The notes under the pieces were generated by a model that saw only the letters and a program-made list of their open reading frames with translations, was not told the DNA's origin and did no database searches. DNA of 64,000 nucleotides from Ignavibacteria bacterium. Its GTDB lineage: Bacteria; Bacteroidota; Ignavibacteria; Kapaibacteriales; Kapaibacteriaceae. This document shows positions 10,194 through 20,641 of this stretch, one piece after another (position 1 is the stretch's first letter; the number at the start of each line of letters is the position of its first letter). The DNA lies in contig JACPPD010000003.1 of assembly GCA_016191145.1 (NCBI GenBank), positions 352,778 through 416,777 of the forward strand, in the 5' to 3' direction. The position numbers were made by a program, and so were the translations under genes.

Positions 10194-12026
10194 TTATTCC
10201 ACGGTGACGCTTTTAGCAAGATTTCTGGGCATGTCTACGTTGCATCCTCGATCTACAGCCACGAAATAAGCAAGCAACTGCAATGGAATCGATGCAAGGA
10301 TAGGCGTGAGCATCGGAAGAGTTTCCGGAATGTAGATCACATGATTTGCAGCATCGGAGATTCTGCTGTCGCGACTGCTTGCAATGGCAATCACCTGGCC
10401 GTTGCGGGCTCGAACTTCTTCGATGTTTGAACGAACTTTATCGTAAATCTCATCCTTGGGCGCTATGAATACCACAGGCATGTTTTCATCAATCAGCGCA
10501 ATCGGACCATGCTTCATTTCTGCGGCAGGATACCCTTCGGCATGGATATATGAAATTTCTTTAAGTTTTAGAGCGCCTTCGAGTGCAACGGGAAAATTGT
10601 AACCTCTCCCTAAATACAAGAAGTTCGATACTCCCGAATACTGCTGAGCAATCTGCCTGATAGATTCAGACTGATCGAGAATAGTCTGTATGTGATCCGG
10701 GATCTCAGCCAAACCCTGGGCAATCTCCCTGCCTGCGTCTGCAGAGAGGTGACGCATGCGTCCAAGATAGACAGCGAATTGGGTAAGAATGCACAGCTGC
10801 GATGTAAACGCCTTTGTCGAAGCAACACCAATCTCTGGTCCTGCATGTATGTAAACGCCGGCGTCGGTTTCTCGGGCGATAGACGACCCAACAACGTTCA
10901 CCATTCCAAGTACAGTTGCGCCCCTTGTCTTTGCTTCGCGGATTGCTGCAAGAGTATCTGCTGTCTCACCACTCTGAGAAATTGCAATCACAACATCGTC
11001 GGGATTAATAATTGGATTCCGATAGCGGAATTCACTTGCGTATTCAACTTCCACCGGAATTCGAGCGAGCTGCTCGATGAGATACTCTCCTACGAGAGCT
11101 GCGTGCCAGCTAGTACCGCATGCAGTGATGATAATGCGTTTAGCAGTGCTGAGCTGCTCATACACCTTCGACAAGCCCCCTAACCGAACATTTCCCTCAT
11201 CGATGCGAAGTCGGCCTCGAAACCCATCTCGGAATGTTATTGGTTGTTCATAAATTTCTTTAAGCATGAAGTGGGGGAATCCGCCCTTTTCAATCTGATC
11301 CAACTCGAATGAGATTTCTTCGATATTTCCCGACGTCTCTTCGTTATGGATGGTCTTTGTTACATAGCCGCTGCGGCGAACCACAGCCATTTCGTTTTCC
11401 TGCAGGTAAATCACCTGTCTTGTATGTGCAATGATTGCAGCAGCATCGGAGGCAACAATGTATTCGTCTGTACCAACACCTAGTATCAGGGGGCTTCCAC
11501 GGCGTGCTGCGATGAGAAGATCCGGATCGTACGTGCTTACAACAACGATGCCGAACGTACCCTCGACTTCCGAAAGCGCCGTACGCACCGATGTTTCAAG
11601 ATCTCCTATCGTGTCGTACAGCATCCCGATAAACACTGCAAGCACCTCGGAATCTGTTTCAGAGCGGAATGTGTATCCGGCATTAACAAGTTTCTTCCGG
11701 ATTGTTAGGTAGTTCTCGATGATGCCGTTGTGTATGAGAGCTATGGAGCCGCTCATATCTGTATGAGGATGGGCATTTACATCGTTCGGAACTCCGTGCG
11801 TAGCCCATCTGGTATGTCCAACTCCCAAAGTGCCCTTCAGGGCCATCAGGTCGAACCCATTCTCAAGGTCGGCAACCTTCCCGGCTTTCTTATTGATTTT
11901 TAATTTCTCAGAATCAACAACACATACACCCGCCGAATCATATCCTCTGTATTCGAGTCTTCGCAACCCGCTGATGATGATCGGTGACGCCTGCCTATTT
12001 CCGATATAGCCCACTATTCCACACAT
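10194..12026 (-). CDS. glmS: Glutamine--fructose-6-phosphate aminotransferase
   Basis: MCGIVGYIG N-terminus (Cys1 nucleophile), two SIS domains and a C-terminal ...KSVTVE. The ORF track start (12047) is 7 codons upstream; the true start is likely the MCGIVG Met. Confidence 0.9.
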   Translation of the reverse strand: MCGIVGYIGNRQASPIIISGLRRLEYRGYDSAGVCVVDSEKLKINKKAGKVADLENGFDLMALKGTLGVGHTRWATHGVPNDVNAHPHTDMSGSIALIHNGIIENYLTIRKKLVNAGYTFRSETDSEVLAVFIGMLYDTIGDLETSVRTALSEVEGTFGIVVVSTYDPDLLIAARRGSPLILGVGTDEYIVASDAAAIIAHTRQVIYLQENEMAVVRRSGYVTKTIHNEETSGNIEEISFELDQIEKGGFPHFMLKEIYEQPITFRDGFRGRLRIDEGNVRLGGLSKVYEQLSTAKRIIITACGTSWHAALVGEYLIEQLARIPVEVEYASEFRYRNPIINPDDVVIAISQSGETADTLAAIREAKTRGATVLGMVNVVGSSIARETDAGVYIHAGPEIGVASTKAFTSQLCILTQFAVYLGRMRHLSADAGREIAQGLAEIPDHIQTILDQSESIRQIAQQYSGVSNFLYLGRGYNFPVALEGALKLKEISYIHAEGYPAAEMKHGPIALIDENMPVVFIAPKDEIYDKVRSNIEEVRARNGQVIAIASSRDSRISDAANHVIYIPETLPMLTPILASIPLQLLAYFVAVDRGCNVDMPRNLAKSVTVE

Positions 12027-12096
12027 AGCACAAATTACTTTCAGCAAAAGGCAAATTTACGATGTCCTGATAACCGAAACCTGAATCAATGGAGAG

Positions 12097-14640
12097 CTAT
12101 CGGTATACCGGTGTGTTCTGCTTAACGAACTCCGCTCCACGAAGCTGGGGAGCCGCTGCCGAGAATCGGAGGTAAAATCCTTGGTTAGGACCAAGAGGGA
12201 CCCAGTTGAGCGTAAGGTTCCAGCAGTGGATACGCTTTGTAATATCAATAATTGGCGTGCTCAGTTTGAATTTGAGAACGTCTACAACACCAGTGGCATT
12301 CAAAGAAAGTGTTTGTGTTAGCGTGGCCGATCCGCGAAACCGCATTTGCAAGGTTTGAGTAAGCAGGTCGGGAGTTGGTTTCGAATAGTTATAGGTAAAA
12401 TCAAGAGAGACCTCCCAGGGAACGATTACCGGAGACCATCCTGGAGTATGATCGGCGAATAGGTCAACTTCTTGTTCGCGAAGATTCAGACGCCTGCTGA
12501 AACGACTGCGCAAATCCTCCTTTGTGCTGTCCTTCTTAACACTGTCGGTTACTATTGTCGAGCGCTCGAACGAGACTCCTGCCGATGAAAACGATGTTCC
12601 CACCTGTATGGCCAAATTGGTGAAGCGCCCCAGCCCCTTACCAGCTTCAATCATAGACGTTCCGATATCGCGCCACTCCAGACGTCCCGTTGATTCATTT
12701 TCCACCTTCGCCTGATCGTAGGGATTGAACGTCCCGGTTAAGTTAAAACTGATTGCCTTCAGGACGGGAGTCCTAAGGTCGAAACGCAGTGGTGAGAGCT
12801 TCATGGAATCCGCAGCTAGATTATAGCTGGAATTGATGTTGAACGTTACCAGGTCGATTGGTTTTGCGGCAACCGTATCCGAATCTGCCTGCGTTGGCTT
12901 TATGCTGAATTTATTCGTAAGTCCCATGTTTACTAAATATTTTTTAGAACTGGAGGCAATGCTCCCCGAACCAAAGCGATTATACCTCACAGTCTTTCCC
13001 GTTGCGCCTATGTATTCTGCATAAAAATCGTTGGAAGGGTCGCTTTGATCGGGCATGTACTGGAACCCAACGATAGGCTGTAGTGTGTGTCTGAATGCGC
13101 TAATACCCAAGATATTAGGATAGATCATGCCATATAGAAAAGTGCTTGCACTCACTCCGTAGGAATAGGTGTACTCTCTAAAGAATCCTGGCTCGCGTAC
13201 AGAAACTTCTTTGGCAACAGAGTCGGTTGTATCGATGGATTTTGTGTACCGCTGGAACCACCAGTTTTCTGAGTACGACACAGTTGGCTGGAATGTAAAA
13301 TTTCCAAGTTTGGGTGTTACGGTAATACCGGGACGATGCTCGATAACGGAATTCTCGGTAACTACGAAATTGCCAGTGTCGGAACTGCGCTGCGAAGAGT
13401 ATGCATATCTGCCTGTGGCGCGGTAGACAAATGTCAAATCGCGCATCCAGCTTTCGCCACCGATAATGCCCCTCAACGGATACATTTGCGGAATGCCAAA
13501 CGATGCCGATGGAACACTGTTAACCGATCCGTTAGACATGTTTTGGTCTCGAGTGAATCCAACATTAAACGTCATTCCATTGTAAAATGTGCGCTGATAT
13601 GAAGCGTTCGAACGTGCGTTCTGACGAATTCTGTCGATTGGATTAAATGATGTGTTTTGATAAACTTTTTGAGAAGTAAAAAGTAAATCGGCAGCTATGG
13701 ATTCATTAGGACCCAGTTGCTGTTGGTGCTTTGCGTCGAACGCAAAATTTCTTGCGAATGGGTCTTCAACATTTAATCTCGTGTACCCGAACGTAATCTT
13801 TGCTCTTCCATTAAGCCTGTCGCGGATAACATATTGCGATTCTGAATATGCAGTAAAACCACCCTTCGAAAGGAGATCGGCTGTAAGTTGTGTATCAAAG
13901 TAGTCGTTAGCAGCATAGTAGTAACCAATGTTCTGAAGCACAATGCCGCGATTGTTTGTAACTAAGGGATTGGGCATAATAAAACCTGATCGTCTGCCTT
14001 TGCGAGCATCAAAGAACAAACCAATTGGCAAAGCGAACAGGGGAATATCCTCTACGTACACAATTGTTGGATCCAGGAAAACTTTGTCGTCGGCTATGAC
14101 CTTCATTTTCGGAGAGTTGAAAAAGAAGTGTGGCCGAGGTGCATCGCACGTAGTAAAACATCCATCTTCCACGAACGCTGTTTTTTCGTCGGTGCGCTTA
14201 ATTCGAGACCCATAGTAAAAGCCCCCTTCAATACTTGTTTCACCAAATTTCACTCGCCCCCTGCCAGTGGTGAAATTGTAGATCATGGACTCACCGGCAA
14301 ACTCTTCACCCTTGTCCTTGAAAACTGGGAATCCTGCAATCTTACCGGTTGAGTCCTGCGCTCCTTCGGCAGTGAGTGTGGATGAGGCAAAGTCCATATT
14401 AATCACTTCAGCCTCGATAATCTGTTGCTTAAAAGTCACAACTGCGCCTCCTCGCAGGCGCATCGTTTTTCGCTTGACGTTGAAGTGAACACTGTCTGTG
14501 GCCGACACTACGATTATTGTGTCGATATCGCTTTTCCCTGCCGATACTTGCACCGAATCATCGACACACAAGAGAGGCGGTGCGCAGATGAGCAGAAAAA
14601 GTATGTAAATAACGATACGATTGAGCTGTCCGCTTGGCAT
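12097..14640 (-). CDS. LptD/OstA-family outer-membrane LPS-assembly protein
   Basis: 847 aa with a signal peptide, an OstA-like N-terminal region and a long beta-barrel-like C-terminus rich in aromatic and Gly residues. The architecture is consistent with LptD. Confidence 0.6.
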   Translation of the reverse strand: MPSGQLNRIVIYILFLLICAPPLLCVDDSVQVSAGKSDIDTIIVVSATDSVHFNVKRKTMRLRGGAVVTFKQQIIEAEVINMDFASSTLTAEGAQDSTGKIAGFPVFKDKGEEFAGESMIYNFTTGRGRVKFGETSIEGGFYYGSRIKRTDEKTAFVEDGCFTTCDAPRPHFFFNSPKMKVIADDKVFLDPTIVYVEDIPLFALPIGLFFDARKGRRSGFIMPNPLVTNNRGIVLQNIGYYYAANDYFDTQLTADLLSKGGFTAYSESQYVIRDRLNGRAKITFGYTRLNVEDPFARNFAFDAKHQQQLGPNESIAADLLFTSQKVYQNTSFNPIDRIRQNARSNASYQRTFYNGMTFNVGFTRDQNMSNGSVNSVPSASFGIPQMYPLRGIIGGESWMRDLTFVYRATGRYAYSSQRSSDTGNFVVTENSVIEHRPGITVTPKLGNFTFQPTVSYSENWWFQRYTKSIDTTDSVAKEVSVREPGFFREYTYSYGVSASTFLYGMIYPNILGISAFRHTLQPIVGFQYMPDQSDPSNDFYAEYIGATGKTVRYNRFGSGSIASSSKKYLVNMGLTNKFSIKPTQADSDTVAAKPIDLVTFNINSSYNLAADSMKLSPLRFDLRTPVLKAISFNLTGTFNPYDQAKVENESTGRLEWRDIGTSMIEAGKGLGRFTNLAIQVGTSFSSAGVSFERSTIVTDSVKKDSTKEDLRSRFSRRLNLREQEVDLFADHTPGWSPVIVPWEVSLDFTYNYSKPTPDLLTQTLQMRFRGSATLTQTLSLNATGVVDVLKFKLSTPIIDITKRIHCWNLTLNWVPLGPNQGFYLRFSAAAPQLRGAEFVKQNTPVYR

Positions 14641-15356
14641 TAACGGTACGACGTGCGCACAAACGTTGGGGGAATGTCAACTATCAACCGTTCTTGAATT
14701 GGTTCATTAATGGTGATGTGCTCAATTCTGAACGATGCTGACTGATGTTTATCCTGGACGCTTATCTCAATTACATGCGGTAGCGGCACACCACCGATCT
14801 CGCCTACATTCTTAAATGCTACGTCGAGCTGAATCTCACCGTTAAGCCCCTTCTGCTGATATTGTTTGATGAGCGAGTGCACGGTATCAACAAGCAGGTA
14901 TTCGACACCCGAGGTATCGCGATATTCAAAAAGGACCGATTCGTCCGTCCTCGGTTCCGAACGCGAGAACCGCTCGGGATTGCCGGGGGCTTTTCCACGC
15001 ATCAACGCCATCAAATACGATGCCGGTAGGGGGAATGGCAGGACTCTCTGCAGCGACTTTGCATCGGGCCTACCCTCGTGAGCCTCCTGCATAAGGTAAT
15101 TGACGAATACAAACGTATCGCGTTCTGCCCACATTCTTGCTGTGGTAATACCAAACGGGCCTCCAATGGTTAGCCTGAAGGCGTCGTTGGTGTCCATCAA
15201 TGCCGTAAAAGGCAGTCCGCTGAGATTCTGATCCCCAGCAGTCGAAAATGTGCCGCTGACCCTCATCGTCTTAACGCCCATGCCCAAATCACGAATCGCC
15301 GGATCAGAACCCAAGCTGTTACTCAGCAGAACAATTAAAGCTAGTAGCGGTATCAT
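14640..15356 (-). CDS. Hypothetical secreted/lipoprotein (possibly DUF4292/LolB-like)
   Basis: N-terminal signal MIPLLALIVLLSNSLGSD. It overlaps the lptD-like start by 1 nt. No confident family assignment. Confidence 0.35.
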   Translation of the reverse strand: MIPLLALIVLLSNSLGSDPAIRDLGMGVKTMRVSGTFSTAGDQNLSGLPFTALMDTNDAFRLTIGGPFGITTARMWAERDTFVFVNYLMQEAHEGRPDAKSLQRVLPFPLPASYLMALMRGKAPGNPERFSRSEPRTDESVLFEYRDTSGVEYLLVDTVHSLIKQYQQKGLNGEIQLDVAFKNVGEIGGVPLPHVIEISVQDKHQSASFRIEHITINEPIQERLIVDIPPTFVRTSYR

Positions 15357-15392
15357 CGTATGTTACTGTTCTAACATCACAAAAGTACTATC

Positions 15393-15863
15393 ATGATCTA
15401 CGTCACACGTTCCGCGATGTTTTCGGCATCGCACCGACTGTTCAACCCAACCTTTTCAGATGAGCGCAACAACGAAATTTTTGATAAATGCAACAATCTT
15501 CTTGGACATGGACACAATTACAGGCTGGATGTAACTGTAAGGGGCTTGCCAGACGCTGAAACCGGATATGTAATAGACTTAAAAAAACTCAAGGCAACCA
15601 TGGAAGCAGTAGTCATCGACAAGGTTGACCACAAGCACTTAAATTATGATGTCAGCTTTCTGCGAGGCATAATACCAACAGTTGAAAATCTCTGCGTGCT
15701 GTTTTGGAGAGAGCTTGAGCGCACGTTGCCAAGCGGTTTGCTTCACTCAGTTAAGTTGTGGGAGTCTGAACAGAATGTTGCTGAATATTTTGGAGAACCT
15801 GTAACCATTCCATTATTCGAATTTTCTCGTACATCACAAACTAATTCACCAATCATTGTATGA
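15393..15863 (+). CDS. queD: 6-carboxytetrahydropterin / 6-pyruvoyl-tetrahydropterin synthase
   Basis: SASHRL...GHGHNYRLDVTV motif (Zn-binding His triad of the PTPS/QueD family), 156 aa. Confidence 0.8.
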   Translation: MIYVTRSAMFSASHRLFNPTFSDERNNEIFDKCNNLLGHGHNYRLDVTVRGLPDAETGYVIDLKKLKATMEAVVIDKVDHKHLNYDVSFLRGIIPTVENLCVLFWRELERTLPSGLLHSVKLWESEQNVAEYFGEPVTIPLFEFSRTSQTNSPIIV

Positions 15864-16564
15864 GCTCGAAATTAATAGACCTCGACGAAGATGAACTTGA
15901 ACATCACTTTATGCGGGAGGGTCTGGCATTCCCCACCGTTAATGTCCACGGCTACCAGATGTTCGACTCAAACGGTAATGTATCTGTCCCAAATGAAGAG
16001 CGGGAAGTAATGCTAGCGACAGTTGAGCAGAAATTTTCGGAAATCTTCGATGTTCTTCGCATCGACAGGAATGATCCGAATTCAGCCGATACGCCATACA
16101 GACTATCGAGCATGCTCGTTAACGAACTATTTGTCGGTCGATATACGCCCCTTCCCAGAATCACGGTTTTTCCTAATCGTAAAAAAGTTGATGAATTGGT
16201 GATATCCAAGCACATCAAGGTTATGAGCTTGTGCTCCCACCACTGGCAGCCGATTTCGGGACATTGTGCAATTGGTTATGTGCCACGAGACAAGGTTATT
16301 GGCCTTTCAAAATTTACACGCATGGTTGAGTGGTACTCCCGACGCGGTCAAATTCAGGAAGAACTGGGCGAGCAGATTGCAGATTGCATCGAAAGACTGT
16401 TGGATCCTATCGCTGTAGGAGTGGTTATTTCAGCCAAACACTTTTGCATGATTGCACGGGGAGTTGAAGCAGATGAGGACAGTGTGATGGTTACCAGCGT
16501 AATGCGCGGTGAGTTGGCAAAAAATCCAACTCTTAGAGCAGAGTTCTTAACCCTGATAGGATGA
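15860..16564 (+). CDS. folE: GTP cyclohydrolase I
   Basis: CSHHW...GHCAIGYVP...GLSKFTRMVEWYSRRGQIQEELG...AKHFCMIARGV are conserved FolE motifs. The start overlaps the queD stop by 4 nt. Confidence 0.85.
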   Translation: MSSKLIDLDEDELEHHFMREGLAFPTVNVHGYQMFDSNGNVSVPNEEREVMLATVEQKFSEIFDVLRIDRNDPNSADTPYRLSSMLVNELFVGRYTPLPRITVFPNRKKVDELVISKHIKVMSLCSHHWQPISGHCAIGYVPRDKVIGLSKFTRMVEWYSRRGQIQEELGEQIADCIERLLDPIAVGVVISAKHFCMIARGVEADEDSVMVTSVMRGELAKNPTLRAEFLTLIG

Positions 16565-17205
16565 GCGACATTGAGATAAGCCATTGGAATAACAGTGGGT
16601 TAATCGTTGGAGTTGACGAAGCTGGAAGAGGAGCGCTGGCTGGTCCTGTTGTGGCTGCAGCCGTCGTACTCAATCCCACTGATCTCCCCACTGGAATTGC
16701 AGATTCTAAGGTACTGACTGCCGACGTCAGAACTGAGTTGTCGCTAATCATTAAGTCCAGAGCTATCGCATGGTCTGTTGGCTTTGTTGATAATACCAGA
16801 ATCGATCAAATCAACATTCTTCAAGCTACATTCGATGCTATGCACGCATCGGTGAACGATATTGTCAATATATTTACTAACAATCGTGCCTCCACCAACG
16901 GACTGCATCTCCTTATTGACGGCAACCGATTCAGGCCACACAGAATACCTCATACATGCATTGTAGGGGGTGATGCAAAATGCATTTCCATTGGCGCTGC
17001 TTCGATTTTGGCGAAGACTGAACGCGACTTGTGGATGACGGACGTTGCCGATGTGGCGTGGCCGGAGTATTCATTTCGTAAACACAAGGGATATGCAACT
17101 GCTTTTCACCGGAGTGCAATTAGCAAGTATGGTCCGTGCGAGATTCATCGGATAACTTTTTTATCACGCATTAGAATGACGTCCTTGTTTGATGGTCTGA
17201 AGTAA
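16561..17205 (+). CDS. rnhB: Ribonuclease HII
   Basis: GVDEAGRGALAGPVVAAAVVL (the RNase HII DEAGRG motif), 214 aa. Confidence 0.85.
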   Translation: MSDIEISHWNNSGLIVGVDEAGRGALAGPVVAAAVVLNPTDLPTGIADSKVLTADVRTELSLIIKSRAIAWSVGFVDNTRIDQINILQATFDAMHASVNDIVNIFTNNRASTNGLHLLIDGNRFRPHRIPHTCIVGGDAKCISIGAASILAKTERDLWMTDVADVAWPEYSFRKHKGYATAFHRSAISKYGPCEIHRITFLSRIRMTSLFDGLK

Positions 17206-17212
17206 TCAGCTC

Positions 17213-18625
17213 ATGACACTTGCTCTAATAGACATTGTAATTCTGGCAATCTCAGTTGCGGCAACAATGATGGTCGGTTTGTCAGCAGTAAGGAGCAAGC
17301 GCAAGGGAGATCATGTGAGGATGCGAGCGATGTCGGCAACGGAATATATCCTTGCTGGCAGGAAGCTGACGGCTCCTCTGTTTGCAGCTTCTTTGACTGC
17401 AACATGGTATGGATCTGTTCTTGGTGCAGGTGAATTCATAGCGCGTTACGGAGTTGTATTCATCCTTTGTATGGGCATTCCGTATTACATTACAGCCATT
17501 ATCTATGCATTTTTATTATCCAAAAGATTGCGCAAAAACGAGGCAGTCTCGATACCACATTTAATAAGCCGCTCATTTGGCACAGGTCCGGGTTATGCAG
17601 CAGCTATCGCCATGCTATTTATTTCGATACCTGCCCCCTTCATGCTTTCAATTGGCTTGTTGTTTCACAGCATTGCAGGAGTGTCTGTACCAGTTGGAGT
17701 AATAATTGGATCGTTCGCCTCGCTGTTCATTGTTGCAAAAGGGGGCTTAGCCAGCGACGTAAGGGCAAACGTGGCTCAACTAATTATCATGTTTGCGGGA
17801 TTTGGTGCATTGGCAGTCTGGTGCATTATTCGTTTAGGCAGTATCGGAGAGATGTGGCAGCATGTGCCAACGCTTCAGCAAAGCATTCCAGGTCCGCTAG
17901 ACTGGCAGGTTATCGCTGTGTGGTTTCTCATTGCCCTACAAACGTTTGTCGATCCAAACTTTCACGTGCGTTCTGCTGCAGCCTCAACGCCCAGTGCTGC
18001 ACGAAGTGGATTGATGATTAGCGTGGCAGCATGGATGATGTTCGACGGGATTCAATTGCTGATTGGCTTATATGCCGTCTCATACGTACCAACAGCCAAC
18101 TCGGCTGAAACATTCCTAAATATTGCAAATAACATATTGCCAATGGCATGGAAGGGATTATTTGTTGCTGGTGTCTTTGCAGCTATCATGTCTACGCTCG
18201 ATGGCTATGCGCTTGTAAGCGCTACAACAATAGGTCACGACATCATTGACTCGGTTCGGCAAAAGGGGCATTCCCGCAGATCGCTCTTAATTGGACTGGG
18301 AACGACTGGTATAATAGGCGTCGTGGCGGCGATTGCCATACCAAGTATCGTCGATCTGATTTACAAAGCAGCTTCCATTACCGTTCCAGCGCTGCTGTTA
18401 CCGATTTATGTTGCAATCCGCAAGCCACACGTTGCAAAGCAAGTCAGCGGATTTGGTTTGATAGCTACACTGTGGATTGTTGTACCATCGTGCGTAGCGC
18501 TACTGACGTTCTTTGCGAACGCATTGTGGGGTTTCGGCATTGAACCAATGATTACTGGGTTAATTGCATCGTTGATAATATTCTTTATCATAAGAGGATC
18601 CCATGCAACTGATACGGGCGAGTGA
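17213..18625 (+). CDS. Sodium:solute symporter family (SSF) transporter
   Basis: 470 aa with ~12-13 predicted TM segments and an SSF-like N-terminal region (ILAGRKLTAPLFAASLTATWYGS). Confidence 0.7.
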   Translation: MTLALIDIVILAISVAATMMVGLSAVRSKRKGDHVRMRAMSATEYILAGRKLTAPLFAASLTATWYGSVLGAGEFIARYGVVFILCMGIPYYITAIIYAFLLSKRLRKNEAVSIPHLISRSFGTGPGYAAAIAMLFISIPAPFMLSIGLLFHSIAGVSVPVGVIIGSFASLFIVAKGGLASDVRANVAQLIIMFAGFGALAVWCIIRLGSIGEMWQHVPTLQQSIPGPLDWQVIAVWFLIALQTFVDPNFHVRSAAASTPSAARSGLMISVAAWMMFDGIQLLIGLYAVSYVPTANSAETFLNIANNILPMAWKGLFVAGVFAAIMSTLDGYALVSATTIGHDIIDSVRQKGHSRRSLLIGLGTTGIIGVVAAIAIPSIVDLIYKAASITVPALLLPIYVAIRKPHVAKQVSGFGLIATLWIVVPSCVALLTFFANALWGFGIEPMITGLIASLIIFFIIRGSHATDTGE

Positions 18626-19145
18626 TCGGTTCTGGACGTTATCAAACGTAGTGAGCCTGGCACGGCTTGCCCTTACTGTACCAATCGTGATTGCTTTGGT
18701 ACAAGACTCTCGGTGGCTGGCGTTATGTTTATCGCTTGTGGCTGCCGCGTCGGATTGGTTCGACGGATATGCTGCCAGGGCAACCAAAACTGTGAGTGAG
18801 TGGGGTAAGATTATCGATCCAATTGCCGATAAGATTCTTGTTGGAGCCGTTGTCGTCATCCTAGTGGTTAAGGGTCTTCTTCCTGTCTGGTTCGTTGCTA
18901 TGGTATTAGTGAGAGATGTGGTGATACTTGTGTTCGCAGCGTACCTTCGACGTCGCATTACCGTTGTGCCTCCTTCCCTGTTGAGCGGCAAACTTGCCGT
19001 TGGTGCAATATCCCTTGCGGGAATCGCAGCCATGGCAGGTTGGACGTTGGTTCTCAGCGTGAGCATTACCCTGAGCACCATCCTTGCGGCGGTATCTTTG
19101 TGGCAATACGGCAAGAGATTTTATGGGATTATTCGACAGATTTAA
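18603..19145 (+). CDS. CDP-alcohol phosphatidyltransferase family protein (PgsA-like)
   Basis: DWFDGYAARA...GKIIDPIADK (the D-G-x2-A-R...G-x3-D-x3-D motif), 180 aa, a polytopic membrane protein. Confidence 0.75.
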   Translation: MQLIRASDRFWTLSNVVSLARLALTVPIVIALVQDSRWLALCLSLVAAASDWFDGYAARATKTVSEWGKIIDPIADKILVGAVVVILVVKGLLPVWFVAMVLVRDVVILVFAAYLRRRITVVPPSLLSGKLAVGAISLAGIAAMAGWTLVLSVSITLSTILAAVSLWQYGKRFYGIIRQI

Positions 19146-20121
19146 GAAGACGATTACCGATCTCTCTGAGAAACTTTCGTTCGATAGGTTAACAGAGGGG
19201 CTTGCAAAGACGCGTGACTCGTTTGTGAGCAGGCTTCGAAAGGCTCTGTTTGCTGGACGAAAAATAGATGCTTCACTACTGGCTGAAATAGAAGAAATTC
19301 TCATTTCATCCGATGTTGGCGTTGCAACATCAGAGCAAATCATTAGTCGGCTTAAGGAGAGAGTGCGTCAGGACAAGATTGAGGATGCAGACAGCATCAT
19401 CACAATCCTGAAAGATGTAATAGCATCAATGCTGGCAGAATCTCCTTCATCGCATAACGACCGACACTTTGTTATTGCTGATGATAATAAACCACTTGTA
19501 ATTCTGGTGATCGGAGTAAATGGTGTTGGTAAGACAACAACCATTGGAAAGCTTGCATACAACTACCGCCAGGCAGGCCGGTCTGTTATTATTGGTGCTG
19601 CCGACACGTTCCGTGCTGCTGCCAATGAACAACTGGAAATCTGGGCGCAACGTGCTGGTGTAGATATAGTACAGCAAAAGCAGGGGGCCGATCCCGCTGC
19701 AGTAGTGTACGATACTTTAAATGCTGCCACAGCACGAAGTACAGATGTCGTTATTATCGACACGGCAGGACGCCTTCACAACAAACAGGGTCTAATGCAA
19801 GAATTGGGAAAAATTGGCAGAGTGATGAAGAAAGTAAAGCCAGATGCGCCCGACGAAGTATTCCTTGTACTCGACGCTACCACTGGTCAGAACGCTCTGC
19901 AGCAGGCAAAGGAGTTCACAAAGGTTGCACCGCTAACCGGAATAATCCTTACCAAGCTCGATGGAACTGCGAAGGGAGGAGCAGTGCTTGCCATCGCCGC
20001 CTCTCTGAATGTATCTGTGCGGTATATCGGTGTCGGTGAGAAAATTGACGACTTACAGGTATTCGACCCAATAGCATTTGTCGAGGCTCTTTTTGAAGAA
20101 CGGACAATGGTAGATGTCTAA
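19123..20121 (+). CDS. ftsY: Signal recognition particle receptor FtsY
   Basis: NG domain with GVNGVGKTTTIGKLA, DTAGR and TKLDGTAKGG. The start is chosen at MGLFDRFKK; the track ORF begins 13 codons earlier, inside the preceding gene. Confidence 0.85.
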   Translation: MGLFDRFKKTITDLSEKLSFDRLTEGLAKTRDSFVSRLRKALFAGRKIDASLLAEIEEILISSDVGVATSEQIISRLKERVRQDKIEDADSIITILKDVIASMLAESPSSHNDRHFVIADDNKPLVILVIGVNGVGKTTTIGKLAYNYRQAGRSVIIGAADTFRAAANEQLEIWAQRAGVDIVQQKQGADPAAVVYDTLNAATARSTDVVIIDTAGRLHNKQGLMQELGKIGRVMKKVKPDAPDEVFLVLDATTGQNALQQAKEFTKVAPLTGIILTKLDGTAKGGAVLAIAASLNVSVRYIGVGEKIDDLQVFDPIAFVEALFEERTMVDV

Positions 20122-20611
20122 GCGCAGAAGATGGTTTCGTTGGTTGTTTGCGATCGTTGTTGTCGTTTCATTCATATTCCTTGTGTACGTCATTAATAGA
20201 TTTTTAACCGAAGCCCAAATGTCTATGGGGCCAACGCCTATTTCCGGAAATGATGTTGACGCATTGTTAATAAATAAAAAAGATTATAGTCCGCCCGGCG
20301 ATGGCCTGCTGCGTATTGCTCAAGTCCACGTCTGTCTTAGAATATGGGAGGCACTCGATTCACTTACCAGCCGTGGTTCTTCTGCGAACACGATTCGCAG
20401 GAACGTTACGGAGTTGCTGAACTCACACTTGCAGACGCGTGCATCGTACACGTGGGCAAGGAACACAATCGTGACTGCCCTGATACGCCCACCCAAAACA
20501 CCTTCAGATTCAATGAATGTTGAACTCATCAGAATGATGAGACCCAGATTAGAAAACGTTCGGCATGTACCGATGAATTCCCTTGATGCTGAACTTCTGG
20601 TGACTAAATAG
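20114..20611 (+). CDS. Hypothetical N-terminally membrane-anchored protein
   Basis: MSKRRRWFRWLFAIVVVVSFIFLVYVI TM anchor. It overlaps the ftsY stop (ATGTCTAA). No recognisable family. Confidence 0.4.
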   Translation: MSKRRRWFRWLFAIVVVVSFIFLVYVINRFLTEAQMSMGPTPISGNDVDALLINKKDYSPPGDGLLRIAQVHVCLRIWEALDSLTSRGSSANTIRRNVTELLNSHLQTRASYTWARNTIVTALIRPPKTPSDSMNVELIRMMRPRLENVRHVPMNSLDAELLVTK

Positions 20612-20641
20612 TTGTAGAATCCGTCACGCAGTACCGCACAT

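Noticed and set aside
9718-10269. 183-aa + strand ORF antisense to meaB/glmS junction, and many similar 60-180-aa antisense ORFs throughout (e.g. 17467-18021, 18560-19114, 22223-23203, 60208-60945)
   Set aside because: Each is embedded opposite a confidently identified gene. They are compositionally biased (Arg/Ser/Cys-rich), with no motifs and no independent intergenic space.
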